From the sequence record OR906198.1: DNA of 64,000 bases; one strand, 5' to 3'. Below, piece by piece: positions 39,446 to 51,012 of this stretch. Numbering within the stretch: the stretch's first letter is position 1; every line of letters starts with the position of its first letter. Source of the DNA: Escherichia phage BP32. Under the pieces are notes generated by a model, which saw only the letters and a list, made by a program, of their open reading frames with translations, was not told the DNA's origin and did no database searches. A program made the position numbers and the translations under genes.

Positions 39446-40311
39446 TATTGAGCCACCCCGATTTTCTGCGTAGCGATAACTTTAACTGCTGCTCTCATAC
39501 CGACAGTTGAAGAACTTATAGTCGCCGTTACATAATTTTCTTTAATACTAAATGCAATATTAGCGATTTCGTCTTCTTCGGTTTCATTCCCAACCCGCAT
39601 GACAGCATATTCAGAAGAAATGACCGTTGAATTAACAGTATCTACAAGAATATTTATTTCTGCCGTTTTAATTTTTCTTCCATCTACCGATTGACAAGTA
39701 ACTAGCAATTTAGCCATGTTATATTCAGTACGATGAAATAATGGAATGTCAACTGACCCAGATGTAGAAATATTCCATGTACCTTCGACCGGTGATTCCT
39801 TTTGGCCAAACATACTTTCAATAGAATAATTCCAAACTGACGTAGAATTATCAGATGAAATACAACGTAAAGTAACTTTACTATATGGGCTAGTTATTAC
39901 CAAATTACCTGAAACACCTTTAATTGAATCAATGGCTTGAATTGTTAAAGGATTAGTAACTGATATCGATCCGTTAGAATTAATGAATTCAACACAGTCA
40001 CCGAGTTCTCCTCTTTCAATGATAACTTTAACACCAACAGTAGAGGTATCAATATCATGCCTAGTACCAACTTTCACCGGAGTTGCGTACTCTGTGATAG
40101 AATGCTTTTGATAATATCCAGTAGCATGGATAATTTGGCCGTCAGCACCAGTACCATTTGCTACTGCCATTTTACGCTGATCGCCAAACGCGTTATAAAT
40201 TGCATTAAAATCACTATTAATTTTATTACCACCGTCGAATAAGATATCACCAGTAGAAGCGTTACCAATTTCGCCGGTATCAATCAATTTCTTTGGTTCT
40301 TGAATGAACAT
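39445..40311 (-). CDS. 9: baseplate wedge protein gp9 (long tail fibre socket)
   Basis: 288 aa, same as T4 gp9. Confidence 0.82.
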   Translation of the reverse strand: MFIQEPKKLIDTGEIGNASTGDILFDGGNKINSDFNAIYNAFGDQRKMAVANGTGADGQIIHATGYYQKHSITEYATPVKVGTRHDIDTSTVGVKVIIERGELGDCVEFINSNGSISVTNPLTIQAIDSIKGVSGNLVITSPYSKVTLRCISSDNSTSVWNYSIESMFGQKESPVEGTWNISTSGSVDIPLFHRTEYNMAKLLVTCQSVDGRKIKTAEINILVDTVNSTVISSEYAVMRVGNETEEDEIANIAFSIKENYVTATISSSTVGMRAAVKVIATQKIGVAQ

Positions 40312-40335
40312 AGCGGTTTCCTTATGAGTTTATAG

Positions 40336-40343
40336 TATTTATA
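40336..40343 (-). promoter_or_regulatory. late promoter TATAAATA (minus) upstream of gene 9
   Basis: TATTTATA on plus strand 25 nt upstream of the gene 9 start. Confidence 0.45.
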
Positions 40344-40350
40344 AAGAAAA

Positions 40351-40370
40351 AGGGAGCCCATGGGCTCCCT
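40351..40370 (-). terminator. palindromic hairpin gggagccca/tgggctccc downstream of gene 8
   Basis: Perfect palindrome read directly. Confidence 0.5.
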
Positions 40371-40374
40371 TAAT

Positions 40375-41379
40375 TTAAAATGTAAACAGAATATTGATTT
40401 CTTCTGTTTGATCCATTGCCATAATAATAGGTGGCCTATTTTCCATATAAATCATTTCGCCCGAATGCCTCATTAAATCTTCCGGATCATAGTAATCCTT
40501 TTCAGCTTTAACGTTTGGGTCATTTGGATGAACTTTAGCTTCAAGAGGATTCGTGATTATCGATATTTGTCTAAATCCTTTATTTCCTGGCAATGCAGCT
40601 TCAGGAAAATAAACTGAATCTAAGTATGCTTTAAAACGAATAGTATTTGCCTTAACCCGGTAAATTAATCCAAAATCATCTTGCTGCCAAGTGAGGTTAT
40701 CTTCATACCCCCATCTAGTCGGATCTTCTTTTAATTCCTCAGGCCAAGGAACCACGATATATTCATTCGTGCACCTGTTTATAGATACATCAGGCGGAAT
40801 CTCAAAAAGATATTCCCATACATACCCGTCTCCAGGTTCAATTGTTCCTTCCGCGTCTCCTCGACCTTCAGGAGGAGTCATTGACCTAACAGAAGGAGTC
40901 CATTTTCCACCTAGCTTAAGGCATTCATCCTTATTAGTTAAAGACTCAATTGAGCACATTCCGGTATCAGGAACATCTAAACAACGATATACTAACCAGC
41001 CTGCGCCTGATTCGGTAGCGTTGTAAGGAGCTGAGTTACACACTACAATATCGTTAATTCTAAATGTGTATGGATCCGGATATCTAGTATCTCCCCAATC
41101 TCGACGAGGAATAACTGCATCAAGCATAGATGGAAGAACCTTCACGGTTCCCATCATATGAGTCCACATGTCAGTTACACCTAACACAGAATCAGTGGGA
41201 TAAGGTGGGGCAAATCCCACCTCATTTTCGTTTGATGACCACGGTTCTGATCTTCCAAATGTAATAAAGATAGTGTTTTTATCCGGACCACTTCCAATTG
41301 AATTATAAAAATTCAACATTTTTTCTGTTCTAAATTTTGAAGTAACTATCGCACGATAGATAACACTTGAATCATTCAT
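40375..41379 (-). CDS. 8: baseplate wedge protein gp8
   Basis: 334 aa, same as T4 gp8. Confidence 0.82.
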   Translation of the reverse strand: MNDSSVIYRAIVTSKFRTEKMLNFYNSIGSGPDKNTIFITFGRSEPWSSNENEVGFAPPYPTDSVLGVTDMWTHMMGTVKVLPSMLDAVIPRRDWGDTRYPDPYTFRINDIVVCNSAPYNATESGAGWLVYRCLDVPDTGMCSIESLTNKDECLKLGGKWTPSVRSMTPPEGRGDAEGTIEPGDGYVWEYLFEIPPDVSINRCTNEYIVVPWPEELKEDPTRWGYEDNLTWQQDDFGLIYRVKANTIRFKAYLDSVYFPEAALPGNKGFRQISIITNPLEAKVHPNDPNVKAEKDYYDPEDLMRHSGEMIYMENRPPIIMAMDQTEEINILFTF

Positions 41380-44300
41380 CTATTTTAACCTGTGTTGGAT
41401 TTTCAGGGTCTCTTGGATTTCCTATATTATCTTTTAGACGTTTATTAACTAAATCCCTAAATTGCGCAAATGTTGTTCCAGATGCATCAAATAGAGGACT
41501 CATTAATTTACGTCGTTCAGATGGCAATTGACCTTGAAATATTGAATTATTATTTTCAGCATTATAGTCATCAGGAAGAGGATATTCTACACCAGCCATT
41601 GGGCCAGGTTCATAAATTGCTTCGCCTGTTACTGAGTCATGCTCAATTTCACCGGTTGGAGTTAATTTAGCTACTCTATCAGCATATTCAGTAGGCAATC
41701 CAGAATCCCATTTATAGTTTTTGTATTTATTAATTATAGTCTCTGTATGTTTAAGAGTTAAACCGACATTAATAAACATTGTTAAAAGGGTAATTGCTAT
41801 AAATCCAAATCCTACTGGATGAACAAAACGAATAACGTCAGATTTCCAGCGGGAAGAAGGTAAATTGGATTTAATTTTCATTACATAATATGATCTACTT
41901 CTATTAATATAGTCTATATTATTTTGAAGCAAATCCTTTCCTTTAACCCCGCGAATAATTTCGCCTTCGAAACTAGGGAGTCTTTCTGCTTTAACTTCTT
42001 GACCGGCAATTAATCTTCCCAAAAGATTATGAATAGTTACGGTCCATTGCAATTTACCATTAGAATAGCTTCTTTCTATATAAGTAACATTACATCTTCC
42101 TGTAGCTGTATAAATCGTTTGTCCTACTAAGTCTTCGGTTAAAGAATCAGATTGAACGATTATATCATATTCAGTACCAGCTCCAGATTCAATTTCAATT
42201 TCAACTTCTTCATTATAAAGAACTTTAAAAAGAAATTTGTATGATGCTTCAATTCCTTTAGTAGAATAAAAATCATAGCTACGTGATTCAAAAAATCTTG
42301 CAACAGCATCACGTTTATCAGCATTTAAATAAATGTTTCTTTTATATATCTCTGACCACAAATATTCCCACGCGTGCTCTTCTCGCGGATATTGGTTACG
42401 AATTAAATTTCGTAAATTATTATACTGAGTTCCATATCCATCAGAAAGATACTGAATATATGCTTCGCAGAATGCCTCAAAATTAGAATCCTGTAGCAAA
42501 TAAGAATCAGGCATCATTGTGCCAATCAATGGTCTTAAATCAGGATCAGCTAATCCATGCTCTTCTTCCGGGGACCAAGGAGTTTCACGCTCTTGGTTTT
42601 GTAAAAATGCTTTTAAAAATATTCCAGTTGGCTTCCAAATTATTTCAACCGTGTCTCTCACTCGATAGTTAAAATCATAGTAAGAAATTATTTCACCAGA
42701 AGACTTATAAAAAAGCATCCCAGACGCGTATTTTTTAAATCCCGTGAATTTAACATTTGGCATTACTATCGTGCAATCACCATCATCCCAATATTCATGA
42801 ACTAATCTATCTGGCGATGTTTCCGGAATATTTTCTATAACTTTGGTGTATTTTAAATCAGCATAAACTACTACAGCTCTATCAGAGTTGTTTATCCAAC
42901 AGCGTGTGTTAGATTTTTTAGACCAGTTAAAGAATGGTTCTGCATAGTATTTCATCGGCTGAGGCGTAAAAGTTTCCCAATCAGATTTTTCATCTGCTAT
43001 AAATGCCATCATATGATAATGCTTATCAGCTAGCCATTCACGAGGAAATTCATATTTAACAGCACCGATTAACTGATATTTCGCTGCAGTTTCAGGGTCA
43101 TTAACAATGTTATCACTTAAAAATTTAAAATTACTCGAAGACAGAGAAACTAATTTACCGTCAGTTGACATATTCGCATATCCAGGTTGAATACGTCTTC
43201 TTTCTTCTTCAGTGTTGCCAAAAACTCTTTTCCATGTTTTCGTGCCATGATTTAAAACATATATTCCTTTATCAGCAGAATCAATTATTTTTGATGTTCT
43301 AGGATTAGCATTTAATGTTTCAACTTCTCCGATAATAAGAGCAAAAACTTTATCACCAATAGAATCCATTTTATAACATACTGCTTTAGGATTTCCGGTT
43401 ATAGTCATCGTATCAGGTTCAAATAGCCTTTCCGAATATGTTGGAGATAATGGGTCAGAATCTATAGGTGCATTACTCGTTTTTATGTATCTAACTTTGT
43501 CTCTGGCGACAACGTAAATGTAATCATCAGTGCAAGTAATAGCTTCTGCAATGCGGTATACATTAGCTGGCAAAGTCGCGTAAGTGGCAAAAATTTCTAC
43601 ATCAAATCCTAGATGTAATTGGTCGCCAAGTTTAGCAAATGTTATATCCTGCGAACTAAATCTGACATCATCAGCTGACCATCTAACATCAGTAGATTTG
43701 CGGCCGTAGAAAATCTTGTCGTATCCTAGAACGTATGTTGTGTTTGCAGATTGGTAATATACAGTCTTAGATAAAGGATATCCTACGCGGTCATTGAAGA
43801 GCTTTACAGCTTTCCAGGTTTGTCCTTTATCATTAGATACTTTAACTACAGGTTGATAACGCTCAAAAAGATATAGAATCCCTTCTGATTCCATCAAATA
43901 AACTCGGTTAATATCCTTACATACTTGCTGAATAGAACCTTGTATTTCATGATACTCATTTTCACCAATAATAAAATTACTTATTGATGAAACATCAACA
44001 TATGATGGGCTGAATTGAAACGATTCATTCATCAATGCAGCCATTATAGTGTCATTATTAAAATTAACATAGTCAGAATTATTAAGAGTAAATTTTTCTT
44101 GAATGAATTTATTAGCTAATTGCATTTCAATCATGTTTTGAAATGTATAAGCGTTTGTAGCAAAAGTTTCAAACTCTTCAGTATAAATCCAATCAGACTG
44201 CTCAAAATCCTGCGCAGCTGTAGCTACTCTAATAATGTACGATGTCAATGGATTAGCATTATCAAAAAAGAAGCTGTTATTTGCAGTATATCCTAAGTTA

Positions 44301-44470
44301 ATCCATCTGTATTGATTACTCGGGAGATTTTCCCCCGAGTTTGTTTTTGTCTCAGCGATTTCTACAAAATAGTAGAAATTAGCACCAACGTCATCCCAGC
44401 GTACTTGCACCTGATTTGCGGATAACTTGGAAATTCTGAGACTAGTGACTGAAGGTGCTTTTACTGTCAT
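41372..44470 (-). CDS. 7: baseplate wedge protein gp7
   Basis: 1032 aa, same as T4 gp7. Confidence 0.88.
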   Translation of the reverse strand: MTVKAPSVTSLRISKLSANQVQVRWDDVGANFYYFVEIAETKTNSGENLPSNQYRWINLGYTANNSFFFDNANPLTSYIIRVATAAQDFEQSDWIYTEEFETFATNAYTFQNMIEMQLANKFIQEKFTLNNSDYVNFNNDTIMAALMNESFQFSPSYVDVSSISNFIIGENEYHEIQGSIQQVCKDINRVYLMESEGILYLFERYQPVVKVSNDKGQTWKAVKLFNDRVGYPLSKTVYYQSANTTYVLGYDKIFYGRKSTDVRWSADDVRFSSQDITFAKLGDQLHLGFDVEIFATYATLPANVYRIAEAITCTDDYIYVVARDKVRYIKTSNAPIDSDPLSPTYSERLFEPDTMTITGNPKAVCYKMDSIGDKVFALIIGEVETLNANPRTSKIIDSADKGIYVLNHGTKTWKRVFGNTEEERRRIQPGYANMSTDGKLVSLSSSNFKFLSDNIVNDPETAAKYQLIGAVKYEFPREWLADKHYHMMAFIADEKSDWETFTPQPMKYYAEPFFNWSKKSNTRCWINNSDRAVVVYADLKYTKVIENIPETSPDRLVHEYWDDGDCTIVMPNVKFTGFKKYASGMLFYKSSGEIISYYDFNYRVRDTVEIIWKPTGIFLKAFLQNQERETPWSPEEEHGLADPDLRPLIGTMMPDSYLLQDSNFEAFCEAYIQYLSDGYGTQYNNLRNLIRNQYPREEHAWEYLWSEIYKRNIYLNADKRDAVARFFESRSYDFYSTKGIEASYKFLFKVLYNEEVEIEIESGAGTEYDIIVQSDSLTEDLVGQTIYTATGRCNVTYIERSYSNGKLQWTVTIHNLLGRLIAGQEVKAERLPSFEGEIIRGVKGKDLLQNNIDYINRSRSYYVMKIKSNLPSSRWKSDVIRFVHPVGFGFIAITLLTMFINVGLTLKHTETIINKYKNYKWDSGLPTEYADRVAKLTPTGEIEHDSVTGEAIYEPGPMAGVEYPLPDDYNAENNNSIFQGQLPSERRKLMSPLFDASGTTFAQFRDLVNKRLKDNIGNPRDPENPTQVKIDE

Positions 44471-46449
44471 TGTGATATAGGCTCCAAATCGATAGTTAAG
44501 TATTGTGGACGTAAATCATTTTCAAATACAATCAGTGAACCATCGCGCGTGAAAATAACATCGTCTATTGGATCAGAATATAGCTCAATAGTCTGAACCT
44601 CAAATTTATCGGATGTTAAATTAATTTTAGCGATATTCCAATAAATCATGTCAGCTGGATAATTTATTTCACCGATAACGTAGTATTTGTCGCGTCCATC
44701 GGAACTTGCTAATTTATTAAAATCATTGCCTGTATATGGCTGAATGTTTTCATTTTCTGTAACATCACCCGAAGCAAATGGACCAATAATAACTTTACCA
44801 ATTCCTTTAGAATCTCGGTCTGTTGATACTATACGAACGTCATATAATACATCTTCTTCTAAGCCAGTATCAGGATTTACAACCTTTCGTCCGGAATTAA
44901 ATGAAAACGTATTAGATTCCATAGAACGATCTTTTATTTGATTATTGTATTTAATACCCGCTTCAGGCGTTTTATAGAAGTTTTGTACTTCACGAACCAT
45001 TTGAATTGTCGCGGATGAGCCAATGATAGAATGATCTGCATCATCTACGTATGTCAACATCTTAGATTTAGCAAAAGATGAGTTAAAAATTTCTACATCT
45101 TCGGTATAATAACGATCAATTTTATCAATTATTTGACCTTCTAGCCACTGTTCTGATTCTTGCAGCTTATTTAAAGCATATGTGACTTTTAAATTAGTCT
45201 TAACAAAAAGATAATTAGGAGAAATAATTGATGGTGTAATAGGAGCTAAATTATAATCTTTGAGATAATTTTTAATATCTTCACGTTGTACAGTAGTTAA
45301 ATATAGTCCTGATTTAGGTTTAGCAGCAATAAATGCATAACCAGGTTTAGTAGAATCAGTGAAAGTCTGAACCGCTTGAATAATAGAACCGAATCTTTCT
45401 GAAACGAATGTATCATAGTCGGTTGCAGTTACGCAGCGTTGCTGGGTTTCGCGTTTAATAGTGCCCAATTCGCGAATACGCTCAATATCTTCTGGATCGC
45501 CGCCGCCATCTGCCCCAACAAAATCTGGGTCATCGTTTGGGTTTTCGTTAATATTGATGACAGTTATATTTGTTAATGTATCTGCGTATGAAAATCCGAC
45601 TGCACCGTTCGCATCTGCACCGTTAGTACTGATATACTCAATAACAATCGTAGAGTTCTGAGTAGGTTTAAGACCTCCAATATAATTAGCGGTCAATGCT
45701 CCTTCTGCCGCGTTAACAGAAATCTCACCTTCACCAAAATAAAATTCAGTATTTCCATCAATAGTTTCACGCATGTAGTAAATTGTTGATGTAGAACCAG
45801 CATGAACCATTGACTTTCTTGTCCAGTTAATCCATTCTGCTCCATCAACGTATAGTTTAACTTGGTTTCTATCTATATTTTTGTCATAAATGATAATAGG
45901 TGTTAATTTATCATAAATGATTTCAGTTCTTACTATACGTCCTTGGGCCAATTTTAAACGTGGAAAATATTGGTTATTTTTATCACGAATAGCAATAACA
46001 TCTTCGGTAGAGACAAAGTTATAAGGATTAACAGAAGTATCCTTTGCATATGCTAAAAAGCGAGTACCGCGAGGAATAGTAATGTAATTTCTATTCAATG
46101 CATCTGTACAAGTTAGCATAATTTCAGTTTGAGCAGCTGATTTTGAAGTAGGTAAATATCCATTATCTTGTGCCGCTTGAACTACTGAACTACGTAAGTT
46201 AGCAGTACGCATAAAGCTTTCATATACGGCAGCATTACCAAACTGCTGAATGTATAATGTATTATAAGCTAAAAGGTCACACAGAACGTTTAATCTTGAG
46301 CCTTCAAAATCATAATCCAAAAATTCATTTTGGCCATTAAGCCATTCAATGAGGTTTTGTTTTATTTCAGCAAATGTACCCCCGACGAATATCTCGGGAA
46401 TAGCATTTGCTGTTCTTGTTAATTGATAATTTACAGGGGTATTTGCCAT
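44467..46449 (-). CDS. 6: baseplate wedge protein gp6
   Basis: 660 aa, same as T4 gp6. Confidence 0.88.
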   Translation of the reverse strand: MANTPVNYQLTRTANAIPEIFVGGTFAEIKQNLIEWLNGQNEFLDYDFEGSRLNVLCDLLAYNTLYIQQFGNAAVYESFMRTANLRSSVVQAAQDNGYLPTSKSAAQTEIMLTCTDALNRNYITIPRGTRFLAYAKDTSVNPYNFVSTEDVIAIRDKNNQYFPRLKLAQGRIVRTEIIYDKLTPIIIYDKNIDRNQVKLYVDGAEWINWTRKSMVHAGSTSTIYYMRETIDGNTEFYFGEGEISVNAAEGALTANYIGGLKPTQNSTIVIEYISTNGADANGAVGFSYADTLTNITVININENPNDDPDFVGADGGGDPEDIERIRELGTIKRETQQRCVTATDYDTFVSERFGSIIQAVQTFTDSTKPGYAFIAAKPKSGLYLTTVQREDIKNYLKDYNLAPITPSIISPNYLFVKTNLKVTYALNKLQESEQWLEGQIIDKIDRYYTEDVEIFNSSFAKSKMLTYVDDADHSIIGSSATIQMVREVQNFYKTPEAGIKYNNQIKDRSMESNTFSFNSGRKVVNPDTGLEEDVLYDVRIVSTDRDSKGIGKVIIGPFASGDVTENENIQPYTGNDFNKLASSDGRDKYYVIGEINYPADMIYWNIAKINLTSDKFEVQTIELYSDPIDDVIFTRDGSLIVFENDLRPQYLTIDLEPISQ

Positions 46450-46457
46450 TTTAAGTC

Positions 46458-46751
46458 CTATTTAATGAATACTTTAGATGATGCCTGAGCCACAGTATCA
46501 CCGCATGATATTGGATCAGCCATTTGAACAGCTTTCTTTCCAGTGACATATACCTTAGAAGTTCTAGGTTGTGTCACTCCGCCATGTGTTTCGTATGGCT
46601 TTTTAATTTCTGTATGTTCTGTAATTGGATCACCTGCTACGAGAACAGCAATTCCTCCAGTGAATACTTTACTTTGTGTAGCATTCACAACTGTTGGAGG
46701 CCATGCTTCATGGCCAGCAGTAACACACTTATCATAACTTAATCCTGACAT
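46458..46751 (-). CDS. 5.4: PAAR-repeat spike tip protein gp5.4
   Basis: 97 aa; Gly/Cys/His-rich with conserved PAAR-like segments (VLVAGD, GG..TQ). Confidence 0.8.
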
Positions 46752-47309
46752 TTATTTCCTCTCATACACGTAGCTTCTTAATTTATTAGCCCAACGACTC
46801 CAATTTCCAACTATAGTTTTTGTGTAATTTTTAACAAGGGTTTTTCTTATTGGAGCTGGAGGATCGGTTGGTTCAGTAGTATCAGAAGATGACCTAGAAT
46901 TACTGCCAGAACCTCCAGATTCACTTTGTTCTTGGTAGTCATATATTAATGTTACTTCGTAAGTGAATGTCTTCTGGAGGTTTTGAGGAGCTTTCCATAG
47001 ATATAACTGAGTATTAGAATCAGTTGGAAGGTCTTCCCATGAAGCAGCAGTTTTAAATTCATTATCTAAACGATATTTCAATGCGTCATTTCCAAATCCA
47101 AATACAGATTCATACGTTCCATATAAACGATTTTCTTCTACTAAAACCCCAGGAGTTTCTTCGTAACTAGTTATATTTATAGATACTAACGTTTCACCCG
47201 TTTCTAATTGAGCGGTAAAGGTGACGTCGATAGAAGAACCTTCCATGGATTCTCCTAAATCAGCGCTCATTGGAAGTATATTAGCCAATGTCAATCCTCG
47301 ATCCATCAA
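46752..47309 (-). CDS. 5.1: hypothetical protein, gene 5.1 position (185 aa)
   Basis: ORF between 5.4 and 5; overlaps the gene 5 3' end by 29 nt. Confidence 0.55.
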
Positions 47310-49008
47310 TTGTGTATTGACCAGATGAAATAGAACTCATAGATGCCATTTTTTCTGTCCAATCACCACCAACGTCCCAATCAACTGTCCCAGCAACTTT
47401 CCAAGAAAGATTTCCATTTACTGTATTAGTCTGATTTCCTTCAACTAAAGTGGTAGCATCTCCTTTAACTGTAATGTCAGCATTACCTTCAACTACAATA
47501 GTAACATTACCTTTTACTAGGATAGTTCCATTACCTTCAACTGTCTTGGTTTCATCGCCACGCACAAATATTGTGTTGCTTCCATCTATTTGGTGAAGAC
47601 GATTATCCATGTTGTAATAAATTTCTGATCCACCGACGTTAGTCTTTTTATCGCCGGCTACCAAAAAATTACCATCAGCATTTGTTATATCATACAAATT
47701 ATCAACAGTTTTTCTTGTTCTTCTTCCTGATGGTGATACTTCCTCATACGTTCCAGTCGGATGAACTAATCTGTATCGCTCTTGCCCAGGGGTATCATCA
47801 AATTCCTGAATATGACCGCTTTCAGTTTCCATTGTGTGAACATACGGATACTCACCTTTATATGAAGAAACAGGTTCTTTGAATAAAATTCTCGAATCAT
47901 TCGGAATAGGAGGGTCAGCCGGGTCAGAAGACTTTGCTACAGTAGCAGCCATTGCAGACAAAGACCTAGCTGGCGTTTTCACTTCAATACCGTATGATTC
48001 CAAATTGCCTGTAAGAATAATCATGGTAACACGGGATGCACGGCCTTTTGTTTGTTGATACCACAATGAATCACGACCGGCTTTATATGCTTTTTCCCAA
48101 TCTCCGGCTAACATAGCAGTTAACATTGTGTTAAATTTAGCTACACCGCCAACACCCATCTGAAATGCCATATTTTCTAATGCCATTTGACGAGAACGAT
48201 TAACTGCTTTCCAAACTGGGCCAACTTTAGAATGTGATTTAATGTCACGTTGCATATCAGCTAAATCACGTTCAAATAAAGTTACCGCTTCTTCCATTGT
48301 AATAGAACCTGGATTTCCGGTAATTTCACGACCAACTTGTTTTGATAAAACTTTATTAATTTGGGCCATATCACGAACTGGCTGCTTCATGATAAGATGA
48401 CCAATACCAATTGTCGGATATCCTTCTGTATCCCAATAAACTTTTAGTCTTAATCCTTCATCACGGCGAAGCATTTCAGCCATTGACATATTTGGATTAT
48501 CATCAGTTGGAATTTCTGATAATGGTCTATCATCAGGATTTATCGCAGTGTCTAGATTGCTATCTTGGATAATATTAGAAGACGAATCATATCCTACTTC
48601 TCCGCCTTGGTTTAATACGTTAGTATCATTTCCTAGACGTCTAGGATACTGCCCAGTTGGGTCAGAAAATCCTTCAAGTCTATTAGGTTTTTCGCGAACT
48701 ATCCCACCATACGTGCCAAGGACAATTCCGTTAGTTTTCCATTTGTCTAAAAAATGACCATATACTCTAGTTCCTTCTACTGGCCCTGTAACAGAACCTC
48801 CAATTCCAGACATTGCTGCAGAAGTTATCGGTTGAATAACTGACATCCATGGCAATTTATCGGTTGGAATACCCATTACATCGCCTTGTGCTCTTTGGGG
48901 TGGATGCAGACCAACCACACGAACACGAACACGACCTAATTTTAATGGGTCCATTCTATCTTCAACAACACCAACAAACCAGTTGAGGTTATTACTTATC
49001 ATTTCCAT
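47281..49008 (-). CDS. 5: baseplate central spike and tail lysozyme gp5
   Basis: 575 aa; lysozyme segment LRRDEGLRLKVYWDTEGYPTIGIGHLI; C-terminal beta-helix VxGxxxxx repeats. Confidence 0.92.
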   Translation of the reverse strand: MEMISNNLNWFVGVVEDRMDPLKLGRVRVRVVGLHPPQRAQGDVMGIPTDKLPWMSVIQPITSAAMSGIGGSVTGPVEGTRVYGHFLDKWKTNGIVLGTYGGIVREKPNRLEGFSDPTGQYPRRLGNDTNVLNQGGEVGYDSSSNIIQDSNLDTAINPDDRPLSEIPTDDNPNMSMAEMLRRDEGLRLKVYWDTEGYPTIGIGHLIMKQPVRDMAQINKVLSKQVGREITGNPGSITMEEAVTLFERDLADMQRDIKSHSKVGPVWKAVNRSRQMALENMAFQMGVGGVAKFNTMLTAMLAGDWEKAYKAGRDSLWYQQTKGRASRVTMIILTGNLESYGIEVKTPARSLSAMAATVAKSSDPADPPIPNDSRILFKEPVSSYKGEYPYVHTMETESGHIQEFDDTPGQERYRLVHPTGTYEEVSPSGRRTRKTVDNLYDITNADGNFLVAGDKKTNVGGSEIYYNMDNRLHQIDGSNTIFVRGDETKTVEGNGTILVKGNVTIVVEGNADITVKGDATTLVEGNQTNTVNGNLSWKVAGTVDWDVGGDWTEKMASMSSISSGQYTIDGSRIDIG

Positions 49009-49582
49009 AAGATTTCTCCATTATACGTATAAGGTCGTTCATAAATGAATTGATGTCTGATTTTGCTATTATTTTTATTTGACGAAGTTTTTCATTTTCA
49101 AGAACAGCAGCTTCATACGTATCGACCGCAGCAAGTGCTCCTTCGTATTGAGGATATTTTCTAGCTTTATCGCCTTTATCATACCAAACATATGGATTAT
49201 CATCGTATGATATTAAATTATAAAATTTTTCACCATTCTCATTCACGTGATATACTATTTGGTCTCCACCTACATTTTTGTATTTTTGTATAGATGCTTG
49301 ATAAGCAGCTTCTTGCGAAGTAATCCATCCATAATACGGATCATAATTATCATTACACATCAATAAAACCCAATACAACTGTGGATTTCCATATATAGCA
49401 TTTGCTAATTCTTCCGGGCGTGGTGAACCTTTAATATAATAAGTACGTAAACGGTATCCCGCAAGAGCGCGTTTGAAATAGTCTTTATAGTTTCTAAAAA
49501 TATCTGTCATAGGAATAGTCGGCGCGTTTTTATTCACCGTTTTGGCCGCATATTCAATCGGATCAAAAAATGTAAAGAGCAT
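48992..49582 (-). CDS. 53: baseplate wedge protein gp53
   Basis: 196 aa, same as T4 gp53. Confidence 0.8.
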   Translation of the reverse strand: MLFTFFDPIEYAAKTVNKNAPTIPMTDIFRNYKDYFKRALAGYRLRTYYIKGSPRPEELANAIYGNPQLYWVLLMCNDNYDPYYGWITSQEAAYQASIQKYKNVGGDQIVYHVNENGEKFYNLISYDDNPYVWYDKGDKARKYPQYEGALAAVDTYEAAVLENEKLRQIKIIAKSDINSFMNDLIRIMEKSYGNDK

Positions 49583-49595
49583 GGGCCCTCCTGTT

Positions 49596-49618
49596 TATAA
49601 ATATATTATCTATTTATA
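49596..49618. promoter_or_regulatory. divergent late promoters: TATAAATA plus (49596-49603, gene 4) and minus (49611-49618, gene 53)
   Basis: Both octamers read directly in the 53/4 divergent intergenic region. Confidence 0.5.
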
Positions 49619-49629
49619 AGGAGAATCCA

Positions 49630-50082
49630 ATGGCATATTCTGGAAAATGGGTTCCTAAAAATATATCAAAATATAGAGGTGACCCTAAAAAAATTACGTA
49701 TAGATCAAATTGGGAAAAATTCTTTTTTGAATGGTTAGATAAAAATCCAGAAATTATTGCATGGGGTAGTGAAACAGCAGTAATTCCTTATTTTTGTAAT
49801 GCAGAAGGGAAAAAACGTAGATACTTCATGGATATTTGGATGAAAGATTCTTCTGGACAAGAATTTTTTATTGAAATAAAACCTAAAAAAGAAACACAAC
49901 CGCCGGTTAAACCAGCACATCTAACAACCGCAGCGAAGAAAAGATTTATGAATGAAATTTATACATATTCCGTTAATACCGACAAATGGAAAGCAGCACA
50001 ATCGTTAGCTGAAAAGCGTGGAATAAAATTTAGAATTCTAACAGAAGATGGATTACGAGCTCTTGGCTTTAAGGGGGCATAA
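49630..50082 (+). CDS. 4: head completion protein gp4
   Basis: 150 aa, same as T4 gp4. Confidence 0.8.
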   Translation: MAYSGKWVPKNISKYRGDPKKITYRSNWEKFFFEWLDKNPEIIAWGSETAVIPYFCNAEGKKRRYFMDIWMKDSSGQEFFIEIKPKKETQPPVKPAHLTTAAKKRFMNEIYTYSVNTDKWKAAQSLAEKRGIKFRILTEDGLRALGFKGA

Positions 50083-50906
50083 TGGCTATTTTTCAAATAA
50101 TTAATGAAAGCACTCCCCAAGTTCCAAAGGTTAAACAATCATTAAACGAAAAGAAATGGATTCAGATAGGTCTTGAATACAAAAAGGCCAAAGCAAAAGG
50201 AATGACAGGAAAGCAATTTGCTGAAGAAAGAGGAATCAAATACTCTACGTTTACTTCGGCAATGTCAAAATATGCTTCAGGAATTAAAACAGCTGAAAAG
50301 ATTCAAAAGCTTGAATCAAAACCAATGAATAAACTCAATAAGCAAGAAAGACAACTGCTTATGATAAATTCATTCAGACAAACATTGCGTGATAAAATTC
50401 GTAATGAAGGTGCAGCAATTAATAATAAAACCAGAAAGTGGTTTGCTGAAACTATTAAACAGGTAAAAGGACATAAAGTTGTTCGCCCGCAGCCGGGACG
50501 AATATATGCTTTTGCTTATGATGCTAAACACAAAGAAACTCTTCCTTATTGGGATAAATTTCCTTTGATAATTTATCTTGGTTTAGGTAAACATAATTTA
50601 ATGTACGGATTGAACTTGCACTATATTCCACCTAAAGCTCGTCAGCAATTTCTAGAAGAGCTTTTAAAGCAATATTCAAATACACCTACTATTACTAATA
50701 AAACGAAATTGAAAATTGATTGGAGTCAAGTGAAAGGATTTAGGGGTGCAGATCAAATGATTAAGGCATATATACCTGGTAATATTATGGGTAGCCTTGT
50801 TGAAATCGCCCCGAAAGACTGGGCGAACGTTGTGTTAATGCCACTTCAGCAGTTCGTTTCAAAAGGAAAACGTTTCTCTGCAAACAAAGTCTGGTCAAAT
50901 ATCTAA
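50082..50906 (+). CDS. 2: DNA end protector protein gp2
   Basis: 274 aa, same as T4 gp2; ATGA coupling with gene 4. Confidence 0.8.
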   Translation: MAIFQIINESTPQVPKVKQSLNEKKWIQIGLEYKKAKAKGMTGKQFAEERGIKYSTFTSAMSKYASGIKTAEKIQKLESKPMNKLNKQERQLLMINSFRQTLRDKIRNEGAAINNKTRKWFAETIKQVKGHKVVRPQPGRIYAFAYDAKHKETLPYWDKFPLIIYLGLGKHNLMYGLNLHYIPPKARQQFLEELLKQYSNTPTITNKTKLKIDWSQVKGFRGADQMIKAYIPGNIMGSLVEIAPKDWANVVLMPLQQFVSKGKRFSANKVWSNI

Positions 50907-51012
50907 TTCTATTATCTTCCATTCTTTTCTATTGTTTGTTCTAATTGGAATTGAATGGAAGGGACTTAGACCCATTATACCACCAACATTTATAAAGCAT
51001 TATGAGGAATAT